This document shows, one piece after another, positions 25,269-36,426 of a DNA stretch of 64,000 nucleotides. The notes beneath the pieces are model-generated. The model worked only from the letters and a program-made list of their open reading frames with translations. It was not told where the DNA came from and did not search any database. Position 1 is the stretch's first letter. Each line of letters starts with the position of its first letter. The translations under genes and the position numbers were made by a program. The stretch comes from an uncultured Enterobacteriaceae bacterium (lineage in GTDB: Bacteria; Pseudomonadota; Gammaproteobacteria; Burkholderiales; SG8-39): the NCBI GenBank assembly GCA_964552535.1, contig CAZKHE010000001.1, forward strand, positions 27,976-91,975, given 5' to 3'.

Positions 25269-27488
25269 ATGGCGACCCGACAAACGCCTGCGCGCCGCCG
25301 TTGCGCATTCATGGCGGCCGCACTGTTCACGCATCTCGCGACCCACGCCACGCATTCGGCCGCCCAGGGCACGGCGTCTGCACCCGACGGGGCGGTCACG
25401 CTGCCCACGGTGCGCGTCGAGGCGAGCGCAGACGCCTCGGCCGAAGGCCTGTCGCCGGCATTCCCGGGCGGACAGGTCTCGCGCGGCGCGCGCGCCGGCA
25501 TTCTCGGCACCCGCGACAACATGGAAAGCCCGTTCTCCACGACCGGGTACACGAACGAGCTCATCCAGGACCGGCAGGCGCGCAGCGTCGGCGAGGTGCT
25601 GCTCAACGATCCGACGGTGCGCGTCGCGCGCGGCTTCGGCAACTTCCAGGAGTCCTACTTCATCCGCGGCTTCATCCTCAACTCGGATGACATCGCCTTC
25701 AACGGTCTGTACAGCCTCCTCCCGCGCCAGTACATCGCGACCGAACTCTTCGAGCGCGTCGAAGTGCTGCGCGGCCCGTCCGCGTTCCTGACCGGCATCA
25801 AGCCGGGCGGCAGCGGCATCGGCGGTGCGATCAACCTGCTGCCCAAGCGTGCGCCCAGCGAGCCGCTCAATCGCCTGACGGTCGGCACCGGCAGCGGCCC
25901 GTTCGGCAGCTTCGCGGCGGACCTGGCGCGCCGCTTCGGTCCGGACGGCTCGACCGGCCTGCGCGTGAACGCGGCCTATCGCGACGGCGGCACGGCCGTG
26001 GACAACGAGGAGAACACGCTCGCGCTCCTGGCTGTGGGGCTCGACTGGCGCGGCGACAAGGCGCGCCTCTCGGGCGACCTCGGCTGGCAGGACAACCGCC
26101 TGCGGGAGACGCGGCCCAACGTGACGCTTGGCGCCGGCGTGACCACCGTGCCCGAGGCGCCGCGCGGAAGGGCCAACTTCGCGCAGCCCTGGACCTACTC
26201 GAACGAGAAGGACCTCTTCGGCACGTTGCGCGGCGAAGTGGACCTCAACCTCGGCGTGACGCTCTATGGAGCCTACGGCCTCCGGCGCAGCGACGAGGCC
26301 AACTCGCTCGCGAACCTCACCGTCACCGACGGCGCGACCGGCGCGGCCACCAACAGCCGCTTCGACAACACGCGCGAGGACCGCGTCGACACCGGCGAGG
26401 CCGGCGTGCGCGGCCGCTTCCGTACCGGGCCGGTCGGTCACGAGTGGGTGGTGGCGGCCTCGTGGTTCCAGCTCGAGACCGACAACGCGTTCGCCTGGAA
26501 TTTCTTCACGCCGCAGGCGACCAATCTCTACAACCCGGTGCTCTCGTCGCAGCCCGCCTTCAGCGCCAATGCCCTGCGCGGCAACGGCCTCGATGCTCCG
26601 GCGCTGACCACGCGCACGCGCCTGTCGAGCACCGCGATCGGCGACACGCTCTCCTTCCTCGACGATCGCCTGCTGGTGACGCTCGGCGTGCGCTACCAGA
26701 AGCTCGACATCGCGAACTTCGCCTACGACACCGGCGCCCAGACCAGCCGCTACGTCGAGACGCGCGCGAGTCCGATGGTCGGCGCGGTGTACCGGGTCGC
26801 GAAGCCGCTCTCGGTCTATGCGAATTACATCGAAGGTCTGACGCAGGGCGAGACGGCGCCGAGCACCGCAGCCAACCGCGGCGAAGTGCTCGCCCCGTAC
26901 GTCTCCGAGCAGACGGAGGTCGGCCTGAAGTGGGACACGGGCCGGCTCGGGGGCGGACTCGCGCTCTTCTCTACCGAGCGCCCGCGCTCGCTGCTGACGC
27001 CGACCAACGTGTTCACCAGCAGTGGCGAGGACCGCCATCGCGGCGTCGAGCTCACCGCCTTCGGCGAGGCTACGCGGCACCTGCGCGTCCTCGGCGGCGT
27101 GACCTGGCTCGACGCGGAGCAGACATCCACCGGCGTGGCGGCGACCGAAGGCAAGCGCGTCATCGGCGTGCCGCGCTTCCAGGCGACCATCGGTGCCGAC
27201 TGGACCGTCCCCGGGGTGCCGCAGCTCGTGCTCGACGCGCGGGTGATCCACACCGGCAGCCGCTACGCGAACGCCGCCAACACGCTCGACGTGCCCGGGT
27301 GGACGCGACTCGACCTCGGCGTGCGCTACCTCGCCCAGCTGGGCGGCCGCGTGGTGACGCTGCGGGCCCGCGTCGACAACGTGACCGACGCGGACCACTG
27401 GTCCTCGGTCGGCGGATTCCCCGGGCAGGGGTATCTCGTGGCCGGGGCGCCGCGCACGTTCCTCTTTAGCGCCTCGGTCGACCTCTGA
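25269..27488 (+). CDS. TonB-dependent siderophore receptor
   Basis: ATG at 25269 (SD ggagagg). Signal peptide, plug-domain motifs (VEVLRGPSAFLTG), a long beta-barrel, and a terminal aromatic residue pattern ...FLFSASVDL. Confidence 0.9.
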   Translation: MATRQTPARRRCAFMAAALFTHLATHATHSAAQGTASAPDGAVTLPTVRVEASADASAEGLSPAFPGGQVSRGARAGILGTRDNMESPFSTTGYTNELIQDRQARSVGEVLLNDPTVRVARGFGNFQESYFIRGFILNSDDIAFNGLYSLLPRQYIATELFERVEVLRGPSAFLTGIKPGGSGIGGAINLLPKRAPSEPLNRLTVGTGSGPFGSFAADLARRFGPDGSTGLRVNAAYRDGGTAVDNEENTLALLAVGLDWRGDKARLSGDLGWQDNRLRETRPNVTLGAGVTTVPEAPRGRANFAQPWTYSNEKDLFGTLRGEVDLNLGVTLYGAYGLRRSDEANSLANLTVTDGATGAATNSRFDNTREDRVDTGEAGVRGRFRTGPVGHEWVVAASWFQLETDNAFAWNFFTPQATNLYNPVLSSQPAFSANALRGNGLDAPALTTRTRLSSTAIGDTLSFLDDRLLVTLGVRYQKLDIANFAYDTGAQTSRYVETRASPMVGAVYRVAKPLSVYANYIEGLTQGETAPSTAANRGEVLAPYVSEQTEVGLKWDTGRLGGGLALFSTERPRSLLTPTNVFTSSGEDRHRGVELTAFGEATRHLRVLGGVTWLDAEQTSTGVAATEGKRVIGVPRFQATIGADWTVPGVPQLVLDARVIHTGSRYANAANTLDVPGWTRLDLGVRYLAQLGGRVVTLRARVDNVTDADHWSSVGGFPGQGYLVAGAPRTFLFSASVDL

Positions 27489-27496
27489 GGCGCGCC

Positions 27497-28666
27497 ATGT
27501 CGCCGCTCGCCCTCCGCCGCTGGAGCTGGGTGCACCGCTGGACGAGCCTCGTCTGCACCGCGTTCCTGCTCATGCTCTGCATCACCGGGCTGCCGCTCAT
27601 CTTCCACGACGAGATCGACCGGCTCATGGAGGGCGACCCGACGCTGCCGCCGGTGGCGGCCGGGACGCGCGAACGGACGCTCGACGAGGTCGTCGCCGCC
27701 GCGGTCGCCGCCTACCCCGGCGAGCGTCCGCTCTTCATGAGTTTCGACGACGACCGTCCGGTGGCGAACGTCACCACCGGACCGTCCGTCACTGCGGAGC
27801 GCGAGCAGATGCACCTCACGGCGATCGATCGCCGCACCGGCGAGATCGTCGGCAGGATCGAGGAGGACGGGTTCATGCACGTGATCCTCCGCCTGCACGT
27901 GGACATGTTTGCCGGCCTGCCCGGCAAGCTGTTTCTCGGCTTCATGGGGGTGCTGTTCCTCGTCGCGACGGTGTCGGGGGTCGTGCTCTACGCGCCCTTC
28001 ACGCGCCGGCTCCGGTTCGGCACGGTGCGCGTCGCGCGCAGCCGGCGCACCACCTGGCTCGACTGGCACAACGTGCTCGGCATCGCGACGCTGATGTGGG
28101 TGTTCGTCGTGGGCCTGACCGGCGTCATCAACACCCTGTCGGAGCCGCTCGTGGCCCTCTGGCGCGCGGATCGGCTCGCCGCGCTCACCGCGCCGTACGC
28201 CGGCCAGCCCGTCCCCGGCGAGCTCGCGTCCCTCGACAAGGCGATGGCAGCGGCCCTGCAGGCCGCTCCGGGCATGACCCCGCAGTTCGTCGCCTTTCCG
28301 GGGGTCCGGTTCAGCAGCAACCATCACTATGCGATCTGGATGCGCGGGACCACGCCGGCGACCCGTCAGCTCTTCACGCCGGCGCTCGTGGATGCGCGCA
28401 CCGGCAAACTCACCGCCATCAGCCCCATGCCCTGGTACATGCTCGCGCTGCGGCTGTCCAAGCCGCTGCACTTCGGCGACTACGGGGGCCTGCCGCTCAA
28501 GGTGCTGTGGGCGGTCCTCACCGTCGCAAGCATCGTCATCCTGGCAAGCGGGCTCTACCTGTGGGCGGTGCGGCGGCGCTACGCCTCGGCGAGCGAGGAC
28601 GTCCCCGACGAGCCCGACGCGTCCGTCGCGACGCCGGGCCACGGGCTCCCGGAGGCGCCGCGTTGA
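27497..28666 (+). CDS. PepSY-domain membrane protein (PiuB-like, siderophore-associated)
   Basis: N-terminal WHRWTSLVCTAFLLMLCITG, repeated TM segments, and HFGDYGGLPLKVLWAVL are typical of the PepSY_TM family. It lies immediately downstream of the receptor. Confidence 0.8.
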   Translation: MSPLALRRWSWVHRWTSLVCTAFLLMLCITGLPLIFHDEIDRLMEGDPTLPPVAAGTRERTLDEVVAAAVAAYPGERPLFMSFDDDRPVANVTTGPSVTAEREQMHLTAIDRRTGEIVGRIEEDGFMHVILRLHVDMFAGLPGKLFLGFMGVLFLVATVSGVVLYAPFTRRLRFGTVRVARSRRTTWLDWHNVLGIATLMWVFVVGLTGVINTLSEPLVALWRADRLAALTAPYAGQPVPGELASLDKAMAAALQAAPGMTPQFVAFPGVRFSSNHHYAIWMRGTTPATRQLFTPALVDARTGKLTAISPMPWYMLALRLSKPLHFGDYGGLPLKVLWAVLTVASIVILASGLYLWAVRRRYASASEDVPDEPDASVATPGHGLPEAPR

Positions 28667-28857
28667 ACCGGACCCGCGAGCGCACGCTCGGCGAGATCTT
28701 CGCCATCCCGATCGTGCTGGCCCTCGCGAGCGCGGTCGGGCTCATCGCCGCGCTGGTGGGCGACGGCCTGTTCGACGTCGTCTCGTGGATTGCGCTCGGC
28801 ACCGTCGCGGGCGTGCCGGTGTGGGCGTACGTTCGTCCAACGACGACCCGTGTGTGA
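28663..28857 (+). CDS. Possible small two-TM membrane protein (tentative)
   Basis: TTG at 28663 overlaps the PepSY stop (TTGA). The 64-aa product has two hydrophobic segments. The coding call is weak. Confidence 0.3.
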   Translation: MNRTRERTLGEIFAIPIVLALASAVGLIAALVGDGLFDVVSWIALGTVAGVPVWAYVRPTTTRV

Positions 28858-28916
28858 CGCGGGGTCGCCCGCCGGGGTTGATTCTCCTTGGGCGGGGGCG
28901 GACTGCTTCCCGCAAG

Positions 28917-29819
28917 TCACCGCCTCGCGTACAGTGCCGCAACCCACTCGACGAACGCGTGCAGCCGCGCCGAGCGATCGCGCCGGCGCGGCCACATCGC
29001 GTAGATCGGCAGCGGCGGCACCTTCCAGTCCGGCAGCACGGCGCGCAATGCGCCGGCCTCGAGCATCGCGCGCACGTTGACGCTCAGCGGCAACTGCGCG
29101 AGGCCCAGGCCCGCGAGGGTGGCGGCGAGGAAAGTGTCCGCGTCGTTGCACGCCACGCTCGACTCGCCCAGCAGGCTCACCGACTCGCCGTCGCGTTCGA
29201 ACTCGTTCTCGAACGTGCGCCCGGTCTTCGCGGAAAAGAAGTTCACGAAGCGATGGCCGTCGAGCTCGCTCGCCGACGACGGCACGCCATGCCGCTCCAG
29301 GTACGCCGGCGCGGCGCAGGTCGCGACCGGCAGCTCGGTGAGCTTGCGCGCGACCAGGCTCTCGTCGTGCAGCAGGCCGCCGCGGATCACGCAGTCGACG
29401 CCTTCCATGAGCAGCTCCACTGGCCGGTCGGTGCTGCCCAGCTCCAGCCGGATGTCCGGATAGCGCGCGAAGAAGTCGGGCAGGGCCGGTGCGATGACGT
29501 GACGGCCCGCTGCGGCGGCCACATCCACGCGCAAGCGCCCGCGCGGCGTGCCGCGGGAGGCACCGACGTCGCTCTCGGCGTCGTCGAGATCGAGCAGCAG
29601 CCGGCTCGCCCGCTCGTAGAACGCGGCGCCCTCCGGCGTGAGCGTGACGCGGCGCGTGGTCCGGTGCAGCAGCGTGCATCCGAGGCGCGATTCGAGCGCC
29701 TGCATCGTCTGCGTGATGCTGGAGCGCGGCAGGTCGAGCGTGTCCGCGGCGCGGGTGAAGCTGCGCAGCTCGGCGACGCGCACGAAGACTTCGAGCATTC
29801 GAAAACGGTCCATGGCCAC
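28917..29819 (-). CDS. LysR-family transcriptional regulator
   Basis: N-terminal wHTH (MDRFRMLEVFVRVAELRSFTRAADTLDLPRSSITQTMQALE) plus a LysR substrate-binding domain. The start is either GTG 29819 or ATG 29813. Confidence 0.9.
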   Translation of the reverse strand: MAMDRFRMLEVFVRVAELRSFTRAADTLDLPRSSITQTMQALESRLGCTLLHRTTRRVTLTPEGAAFYERASRLLLDLDDAESDVGASRGTPRGRLRVDVAAAAGRHVIAPALPDFFARYPDIRLELGSTDRPVELLMEGVDCVIRGGLLHDESLVARKLTELPVATCAAPAYLERHGVPSSASELDGHRFVNFFSAKTGRTFENEFERDGESVSLLGESSVACNDADTFLAATLAGLGLAQLPLSVNVRAMLEAGALRAVLPDWKVPPLPIYAMWPRRRDRSARLHAFVEWVAALYARR

Positions 29820-29835
29820 CCCAATCCCGAGCCGC

Positions 29836-29860
29836 GATTATCCGGCGCACCGCCGGAATA
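29836..29860. promoter_or_regulatory. Candidate LysR-type binding site in the lysR / aldo-keto-reductase divergent region
   Basis: attatccggcg-cac-cgccggaatat: an imperfect dyad containing a T-N11-A arrangement, flanked by A/T. Confidence 0.4.
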
Positions 29861-29974
29861 TTGTTCGCCCGCCATGAACACTGCCGACGGCGGCGATGCA
29901 TCGATCGGGCGTCCGACTCTGCCTAAGGTGGCGGACATCGTGGCCGCGCCGGCCACTTCCTCCTGGAGCACGCG

Positions 29975-30976
<1,002 letters not shown>

Positions 30977-31000
30977 GCGCGCTCCCGCCGCCGTGTCGCG

Positions 31001-31453
31001 CTACCTCGCCGCGATCGCCGAGATCTCGATGGCCACGTCCCGCGGCAGCCGCGCGACCTGCACGGTGGCGCGCGCGGGCGGCTTGTCCTTGAAGTAGGTC
31101 GCGTAGACCGCGTTCATGCGCTGGAAGTCGTTCAGGTCCTTCAGGAACACGGAGGTCGAGACCACGTCGTCCATGGACATGCCCGCCGCCACCAGCACGG
31201 CCTTCAGGTTCTCGAGGACGAGCCTGGTCTGCTCCTCGATGGTGCCGGTGACGAGCTGGTTGGTGCGTGGATCGATGGGGATCTGTCCCGCGAGGTAGAG
31301 CGTGTTGCCGACCCGGATCGCCTGCGAGTACGGGCCGATCGCCGCCGGCGCGTCCTTGGTGGCGATCACCTCCTTGCCGGTCGTGGCACAACCCGCGAGG
31401 AACGCGGCGCACAGCGTTGCAAATGCGAGCTTGTATTGCGACGAACGCCTCAT
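31001..31453 (-). CDS. RidA/YjgF family protein with a lipoprotein signal peptide
   Basis: ATG at 31453 (SD ggaggga). Lipobox FLAGC. RidA core [24 protein letters not shown] ... [18 protein letters not shown]. Confidence 0.85.
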   Translation of the reverse strand: MRRSSQYKLAFATLCAAFLAGCATTGKEVIATKDAPAAIGPYSQAIRVGNTLYLAGQIPIDPRTNQLVTGTIEEQTRLVLENLKAVLVAAGMSMDDVVSTSVFLKDLNDFQRMNAVYATYFKDKPPARATVQVARLPRDVAIEISAIAAR

Positions 31454-31499
31454 GACTCCCTCCTGAAAGTACTGCCGAGTGTGACCGTCGACGCCGTGC

Positions 31500-32024
31500 T
31501 CAGGACGGTCGATCCCGAGCGCCGCGCCGCGACGGTCCCGTGAACCGGAGCTGCACGGCGATTCCCGCAACGACCAGCGCGGCGTAGGCCAGGGCGCTCC
31601 AGAGCGGCTGGAGCCCGAGCACGGAGACGATGAGCGCTGCGCCGACGAGCGACGAAACCACCACGATCGCCGTGTCCATGAGCACCGCGGCGAGGATCGC
31701 GGCGATCAGGCCGCCGACCAGGAACGCGGCCACTTCGAACGATCCCGGCGCGAAGCGCTGCACGGCGACGAGCGCGAGATAGCCGCCCGCATAGAAGCCG
31801 GCGAGCGCGAAACCGACCCGCTGGAGGAGGATCGCGAGCACCGCGCCGATCACGCCGGCCCCGATGGCGAGCGCCCAGACCAGCCACGTCGGCTGGTCCG
31901 CGGCGAGCGTCCTCGCGAGCTCGATGCCGAGATAGAAGCCGGCGACGGCGACGAACAGCCAGAACAGCTTCCGGCCGAGCAGGAGGAGCAGGGCGCCTGC
32001 GACGAGGTCGATGATCGGCGGCAT
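31500..32024 (-). CDS. Polytopic membrane protein (DUF4203/TM7-like guess)
   Basis: 174 aa with 5-6 hydrophobic Gly/Ala-rich helices. Confidence 0.55.
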   Translation of the reverse strand: MPPIIDLVAGALLLLLGRKLFWLFVAVAGFYLGIELARTLAADQPTWLVWALAIGAGVIGAVLAILLQRVGFALAGFYAGGYLALVAVQRFAPGSFEVAAFLVGGLIAAILAAVLMDTAIVVVSSLVGAALIVSVLGLQPLWSALAYAALVVAGIAVQLRFTGPSRRGARDRPS

Positions 32025-32102
32025 GGCCGCGTCAATCTACTGCATCTGGCCCACAATGGCTCGCCGACGGGCCACGTCCGATGGACCGGCGCCGGCGAGA
32101 AC

Positions 32103-32975
32103 ATGGAAACCGAGCACCGCTACCCGTCCGACGATCGCCCGGCCGTCGCCTACCGGCGCTTGCGCTGCCCGACGCCGACCGGCCGGCTGCCGCTCGTGCT
32201 GATCCACGGCGCGGCGAGCAACCTCACGCGCTGGTCGGAGTTCGTCGCCGACCCGCGGCTCGCCGCCGGACGCGACCTCCTGCGGCTCGACCTGCGCGGG
32301 CACGGCGGGTCGATCGATCGCGGGCCCGCCAGCCTCGAGATCTGGGCCGACGACATCGCCGGCATCCTCGACCAGGAAGGGATCGACCGCGCCGTGCTCC
32401 TCGGCCACTGCCTGGGCGCGAGCGTGGCGGTCACCTTCGCGGCCCGTCACCCCGCACGCAGCGGCGGGCTGATCCTGATCGAGCCGATGATGCACGCCGC
32501 GCTCACCGGCAAGCTCGGCCGGGTGCGGCGGTTCACGCCGATCCTGCGCGTCCTGATCGGCGGCATCCGGCTGCTGAACCGCCTCGGCCTGCACCGGCGC
32601 ACACTCGGCTCGCTCGATCTGCGCGCGCTGGACGAGGCCTACCGTGCGCGGCTCGCGGAGCCCGGCGGACGCGCCGCGCTCGAAGCGCGCTACGCATCGA
32701 TCCGCGAGGACCTGGACACGATGCCGATCGTCGCGTACCTGCAGGACCTGGTCGAGACGGTGCGGCCCGTACCGCTCGAACGCGTGCACGTCCCGGCGCT
32801 CGTGCTGCTGTCGCGGGCGCGCACCTTTGCCGACGCCGAGCGCACGCACGTCGAGCTGGGGCGCCTGCGGGGCGCGGAGATCCGGACCCTCGAGGCGGCG
32901 CACTGGATTCCTACCGAGCAGCCGCGCGAGATGCGCGAGGCGATCGAGGCGTGGCTCGCGCGGATCGGGCTGTAG
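32103..32975 (+). CDS. Alpha/beta hydrolase
   Basis: HG oxyanion motif (LVLIHGAASN), nucleophile elbow GHCLGA, and a C-terminal His (AHWIPTEQP). Confidence 0.8.
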   Translation: METEHRYPSDDRPAVAYRRLRCPTPTGRLPLVLIHGAASNLTRWSEFVADPRLAAGRDLLRLDLRGHGGSIDRGPASLEIWADDIAGILDQEGIDRAVLLGHCLGASVAVTFAARHPARSGGLILIEPMMHAALTGKLGRVRRFTPILRVLIGGIRLLNRLGLHRRTLGSLDLRALDEAYRARLAEPGGRAALEARYASIREDLDTMPIVAYLQDLVETVRPVPLERVHVPALVLLSRARTFADAERTHVELGRLRGAEIRTLEAAHWIPTEQPREMREAIEAWLARIGL

Positions 32976-33237
32976 TGCTCAATCCACCTTGATGCCCGCC
33001 TTCTTCACCAGCTTGCTCCGCTTCGCCGTCTCCGCCTTGACGTGCCCGTGCCCCCGCTCGTGTACGCGATGCTCCCCCTCGCGCGGTCGTTCGCGAAACG
33101 AGGGTACCGGAGGCGGGAGGAGGGTCCATCCATGGGACCGGTGCTCCCGCCGGTCACGCGGCTTTCCAGACAGGGAGCATGCGGCTGGCAGGCCCGCGCC
33201 TTGCTATCGCCCGCGCGACGCCACTCGACATCCCCCC

Positions 33238-34317
33238 GTGAAGCAGCTGCCGCTCCTCGCCCTCGCCGTGGCACTCGCCGCGTGCACCACCGCCTCGGGC
33301 CCCGTCACCGATCACTTCGACGGCACGCGCTTCCACAACCCCGGGTTCGTCAAGGAAAGCTCGGTCGCCGGCTACCTGCGGCTGCGGATGACGACCGCGC
33401 AGCCGGAGTGGCCCGCCCACGTCCCTGTCGCCGCCACGCCGCAGCTCGCGGCCCGCATCGAGGGGGACGAGATCCACGTCACGATGATCGGTCACGCCAC
33501 GCTGCTGCTGCAGACCCGCGGGATGAACGTGCTCACCGACCCGATCTGGTCGGAGCGTGCCTCGCCGCTATCCTTCGCGGGGCCCAAGCGGATCACGCCT
33601 CCGGCGGTCGCGCTCGAGAAGCTCCCGCCGATCGACCTCGTGCTGATCTCGCACAACCACTGGGACCATCTCGATCTGCCGACGCTGCGCGCGCTCGACG
33701 CCGCGTTCCGTCCGCGCGTCATCGTGCCGCTCGGCAACCGGGCGCTGGTGGCGGAGGCCATGCCGGGCTCGCTGGTGAGCGAGCACGACTGGGGCGACGT
33801 CGTGCCGGCGGGCGCGCTCCGCGTGCACGTGCTGCCGATGCTGCACGGGTCCGGGCGCACCCCCTTCGACCAGCAGCGCACGCTCTGGGCGGCATACCTC
33901 CTCGACAGCGGCGCCACGCGCGCCTACTTCGTCGGCGATGCCGGGTACGGACGCGGCGTGCACTTCAAGGCAGCCGCCGCAAAGCTGGGTCCGATCGACA
34001 TCGCGCTGCTGCCGATCGGCGCCTACGAGCCCGCATGGTTCATGGCCGACAGCCACATGCGGCCGACGGAAGCGGTCCAGGCCCTGCTCGATTCCGGTGC
34101 GCGACTTGGCGTCGCGCACCACTTCGATACTTTCCAGCTGGGGTTCGAGGCGTACGGCGCGGCCGCCGTCGAGATGGCGCGGGCGCTGTCCGACGCCGGA
34201 CAGCCCCGCGGCCGCATGGTGGCGCTGCGCGCAGGGGAGTCGCTGATCGTGCGGCCGGTGGAAACGCCGCACGGGAACGACGCGGGGCGAGGCCCGGCCG
34301 CACCCCCCGGTCGCTGA
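33238..34317 (+). CDS. Lipoprotein MBL-fold metallo-hydrolase (NAPE-PLD / Zn-hydrolase-like)
   Basis: GTG at 33238. Lipobox ALAAC. Metal motif ISHNHWDH, with later conserved His/Asp residues (GDAGY, GVAHH). Confidence 0.75.
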   Translation: MKQLPLLALAVALAACTTASGPVTDHFDGTRFHNPGFVKESSVAGYLRLRMTTAQPEWPAHVPVAATPQLAARIEGDEIHVTMIGHATLLLQTRGMNVLTDPIWSERASPLSFAGPKRITPPAVALEKLPPIDLVLISHNHWDHLDLPTLRALDAAFRPRVIVPLGNRALVAEAMPGSLVSEHDWGDVVPAGALRVHVLPMLHGSGRTPFDQQRTLWAAYLLDSGATRAYFVGDAGYGRGVHFKAAAAKLGPIDIALLPIGAYEPAWFMADSHMRPTEAVQALLDSGARLGVAHHFDTFQLGFEAYGAAAVEMARALSDAGQPRGRMVALRAGESLIVRPVETPHGNDAGRGPAAPPGR

Positions 34318-34327
34318 CACCGCAGGC

Positions 34328-35494
34328 TCACTTCATCGCGCATTCCTGCACGTACGCGTCGCCGTGGCTCGCGAACACGGTGCCGATCTTCTTGTTCACC
34401 AGCCGGCCCTGGCCATCCTTCGCGACCACGCGCAGGTAGTACGTCTGGATCGGATACTGGTTGCGGTTGAACTTGAAGTCGCCGCGCACGCTCTTGAAGT
34501 CCGCGGCGGCGAGCGCCTTGCGCAGCGCCTCCTTGTTGTCGAGATTGCCCTTCACCCGCCGGACGGCCGAGTCGATGAGCAGCGCCGTGTCGTAACCCTG
34601 GGCCGCGAAGACGGACGGCAGCCGGTTGTACTCCTTCTCGAACGCCGCGACGAACTTGCGGTTCGCGTCGTGGTCGAGATCGAGCGACCAGTGCGCGGTG
34701 TCGAAGAGGCCGAGCATCGGGTCGCCGACCGCGCGGATGATGTCCTGGTCGGCACCGAAGCCGGGGAGGATGAGCTGGATGTCCTTCGACAGCCCCGCCG
34801 CGACGAACTGCTTGATGAAGTTGATTCCCATGCCGCCGGGCAGGAAGATGTACATCGCCTCGGGCTTCGCCGCGCGCACGTGGGCGAGCTCCGCCGAGTA
34901 GTCGAGCTGGCCGAGCTTCGTGTACACCTCGTCGACCACCTTGCCCTTGAAGAAGCGCTTGAAGCCGGCGAGCGAGTCCTTGCCCGCCTGGTAGTTGGGC
35001 GCGAGCAGATAGACGTTCTTGTAGCCCTTGTCGGTGGCATGCTGCCCCGCGGCTTCGTGATAGGCGTCGTTCGGCCAGGAGGCGACGAAGAAGAACGGGC
35101 TGCACTGCTTGCCGGCCAGCGGCGAGGGCGCCGCGTTCGGGCTCACGTAGAACGTCTTCTGGTCGATCGCCGACGGCAGCACGGCGAGCATGATGTTGGA
35201 GAACACGATGCCGGTGAGGAAATCGACGCGATCGCGCTTCAGCATCCGGTCCGCGAGCTGCTTGCCGGCTTCGGGGTTGAACTGGTCGTCGCCGACCAGC
35301 ACTTCGGCAGGCAGGCCGCCGAGCTTCCCGCCGTTCATCTTCACCGCGAGGTTGAATCCGTCGCGGATGTCCAGGCCGAGCGCACTGCTCGGACCCGAGA
35401 GCGTGGAGATGAAGCCGACCTTGACGCTGTCCGCGGCGATCGCGGAGCAGGCCACAGACATGCCGAGGACGAGGGCCGCAAGCTGGCGTTTCAT
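34328..35494 (-). CDS. ABC transporter substrate-binding protein (LIV / amide-type, type I periplasmic binding fold)
   Basis: Signal peptide. KVGFISTLSGPSSALG is typical of LivK-like binding proteins. 388 aa. Confidence 0.9.
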   Translation of the reverse strand: MKRQLAALVLGMSVACSAIAADSVKVGFISTLSGPSSALGLDIRDGFNLAVKMNGGKLGGLPAEVLVGDDQFNPEAGKQLADRMLKRDRVDFLTGIVFSNIMLAVLPSAIDQKTFYVSPNAAPSPLAGKQCSPFFFVASWPNDAYHEAAGQHATDKGYKNVYLLAPNYQAGKDSLAGFKRFFKGKVVDEVYTKLGQLDYSAELAHVRAAKPEAMYIFLPGGMGINFIKQFVAAGLSKDIQLILPGFGADQDIIRAVGDPMLGLFDTAHWSLDLDHDANRKFVAAFEKEYNRLPSVFAAQGYDTALLIDSAVRRVKGNLDNKEALRKALAAADFKSVRGDFKFNRNQYPIQTYYLRVVAKDGQGRLVNKKIGTVFASHGDAYVQECAMK

Positions 35495-35646
35495 GCGCGT
35501 TCTCCTGTGAACAGAAACGATCGGGGTGTCCGCCGCCGGGGAGATGCGGTTCTTGTTCGAGGCCCTGCAGCGCCGGGAACGCCCATTCTAGGCCGGGATC
35601 CCGCCGGCAGCGGCGCGTGTCGCCGCGCGGATGAACCGCGGGCCGC

Positions 35647-35675
35647 TTGACTAAGCCGACCCCAGCCAAAAGAAT
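35647..35675 (+). promoter_or_regulatory. Candidate sigma-70 promoter for the GST-like gene
   Basis: TTGACT (35647-35652), a 17-nt spacer, then AAGAAT (35670-35675), about 36 nt upstream of the ATG at 35712. Confidence 0.3.
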
Positions 35676-35711
35676 GCCTCTCGTTCGCATCGCGATGACG
35701 AGGGGAAACGG

Positions 35712-36410
35712 ATGCCTGCTGAAATCGAGCTCCACGAGCTCGGCGGACGGGAGGGCAAGCGCTACAGCCTGTTCTCGTGGCGCACGCGCCTGGCGCTCGC
35801 GCACAAGGGGCTCGCGTTCGAAAGCCGCCCGGTCAAGGTCACCGACAAGGCCGCGATCGCGTTCAGCGGCCAGAAGCGCGTCCCCATCATCCGCCACGGC
35901 GACGAGGTCGTCTTCGACTCGTGGCGCATTGCCGAGTATCTCGAGGCGACGTTCCCGGACCGCCCGACGCTCTTCGCCGGCGCGGGCGGTCAGGCGGTCT
36001 CGCGCTTCGTGAACCACTGGGCCGACCGAACGATGATTCCCGCGCTCGCGCCCTGCGTGGCCCCGTACGTCGGCGAATGCCTCGAGCCCGACGACGCCGC
36101 GCACATCCGCGCCGGCATGGAGAAGGGCTTCGGGCGGACGCTCGAAGAGATGGCCGCGGCACGCGAGACGGGCGTGAAGCGCTTCCAGCAGACGATCGAG
36201 CCGTTGCGTGCGCAGGTGAAGAGCCAGCCGTTCATCGGCGGCGAGACGCCGCTCTACGCCGACTACGTCGCGGCGAGCCCGCTGCAATGGGCACGCGTCA
36301 CCTGCGCGCTGCCGGTGCTTGCGCCCGACGATCCGGTGGCCGCCTGGTTCGAGCGCGTGCTGGACCTGCACGGCGGCTTCGCCCGCGCCGAGCCGGCCCG
36401 GGCGGCATGA
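35712..36410 (+). CDS. Glutathione S-transferase-like protein
   Basis: Thioredoxin-like N-domain (YSLFSWRTRLALAHKGLAFE, VPIIRHGDEVVFDSWRIAEYLE) followed by a helical C-domain. Confidence 0.75.
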   Translation: MPAEIELHELGGREGKRYSLFSWRTRLALAHKGLAFESRPVKVTDKAAIAFSGQKRVPIIRHGDEVVFDSWRIAEYLEATFPDRPTLFAGAGGQAVSRFVNHWADRTMIPALAPCVAPYVGECLEPDDAAHIRAGMEKGFGRTLEEMAAARETGVKRFQQTIEPLRAQVKSQPFIGGETPLYADYVAASPLQWARVTCALPVLAPDDPVAAWFERVLDLHGGFARAEPARAA

Positions 36411-36426
36411 CGCACGCGGGCCCGCG

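Noticed and set aside
32979-33237. The 262-bp gap between the alpha/beta hydrolase and the MBL lipoprotein gene has a minus-strand reading ending ...HERGHGHVKAETAKRSKLVKKAGIKVD-stop. It looks like the basic tail of a small protein.
   Set aside because: I found no ATG, GTG or TTG start in that frame for more than 60 codons upstream, and it is not in the ORF track. It may be a remnant or chance, and is not supportable as a gene.
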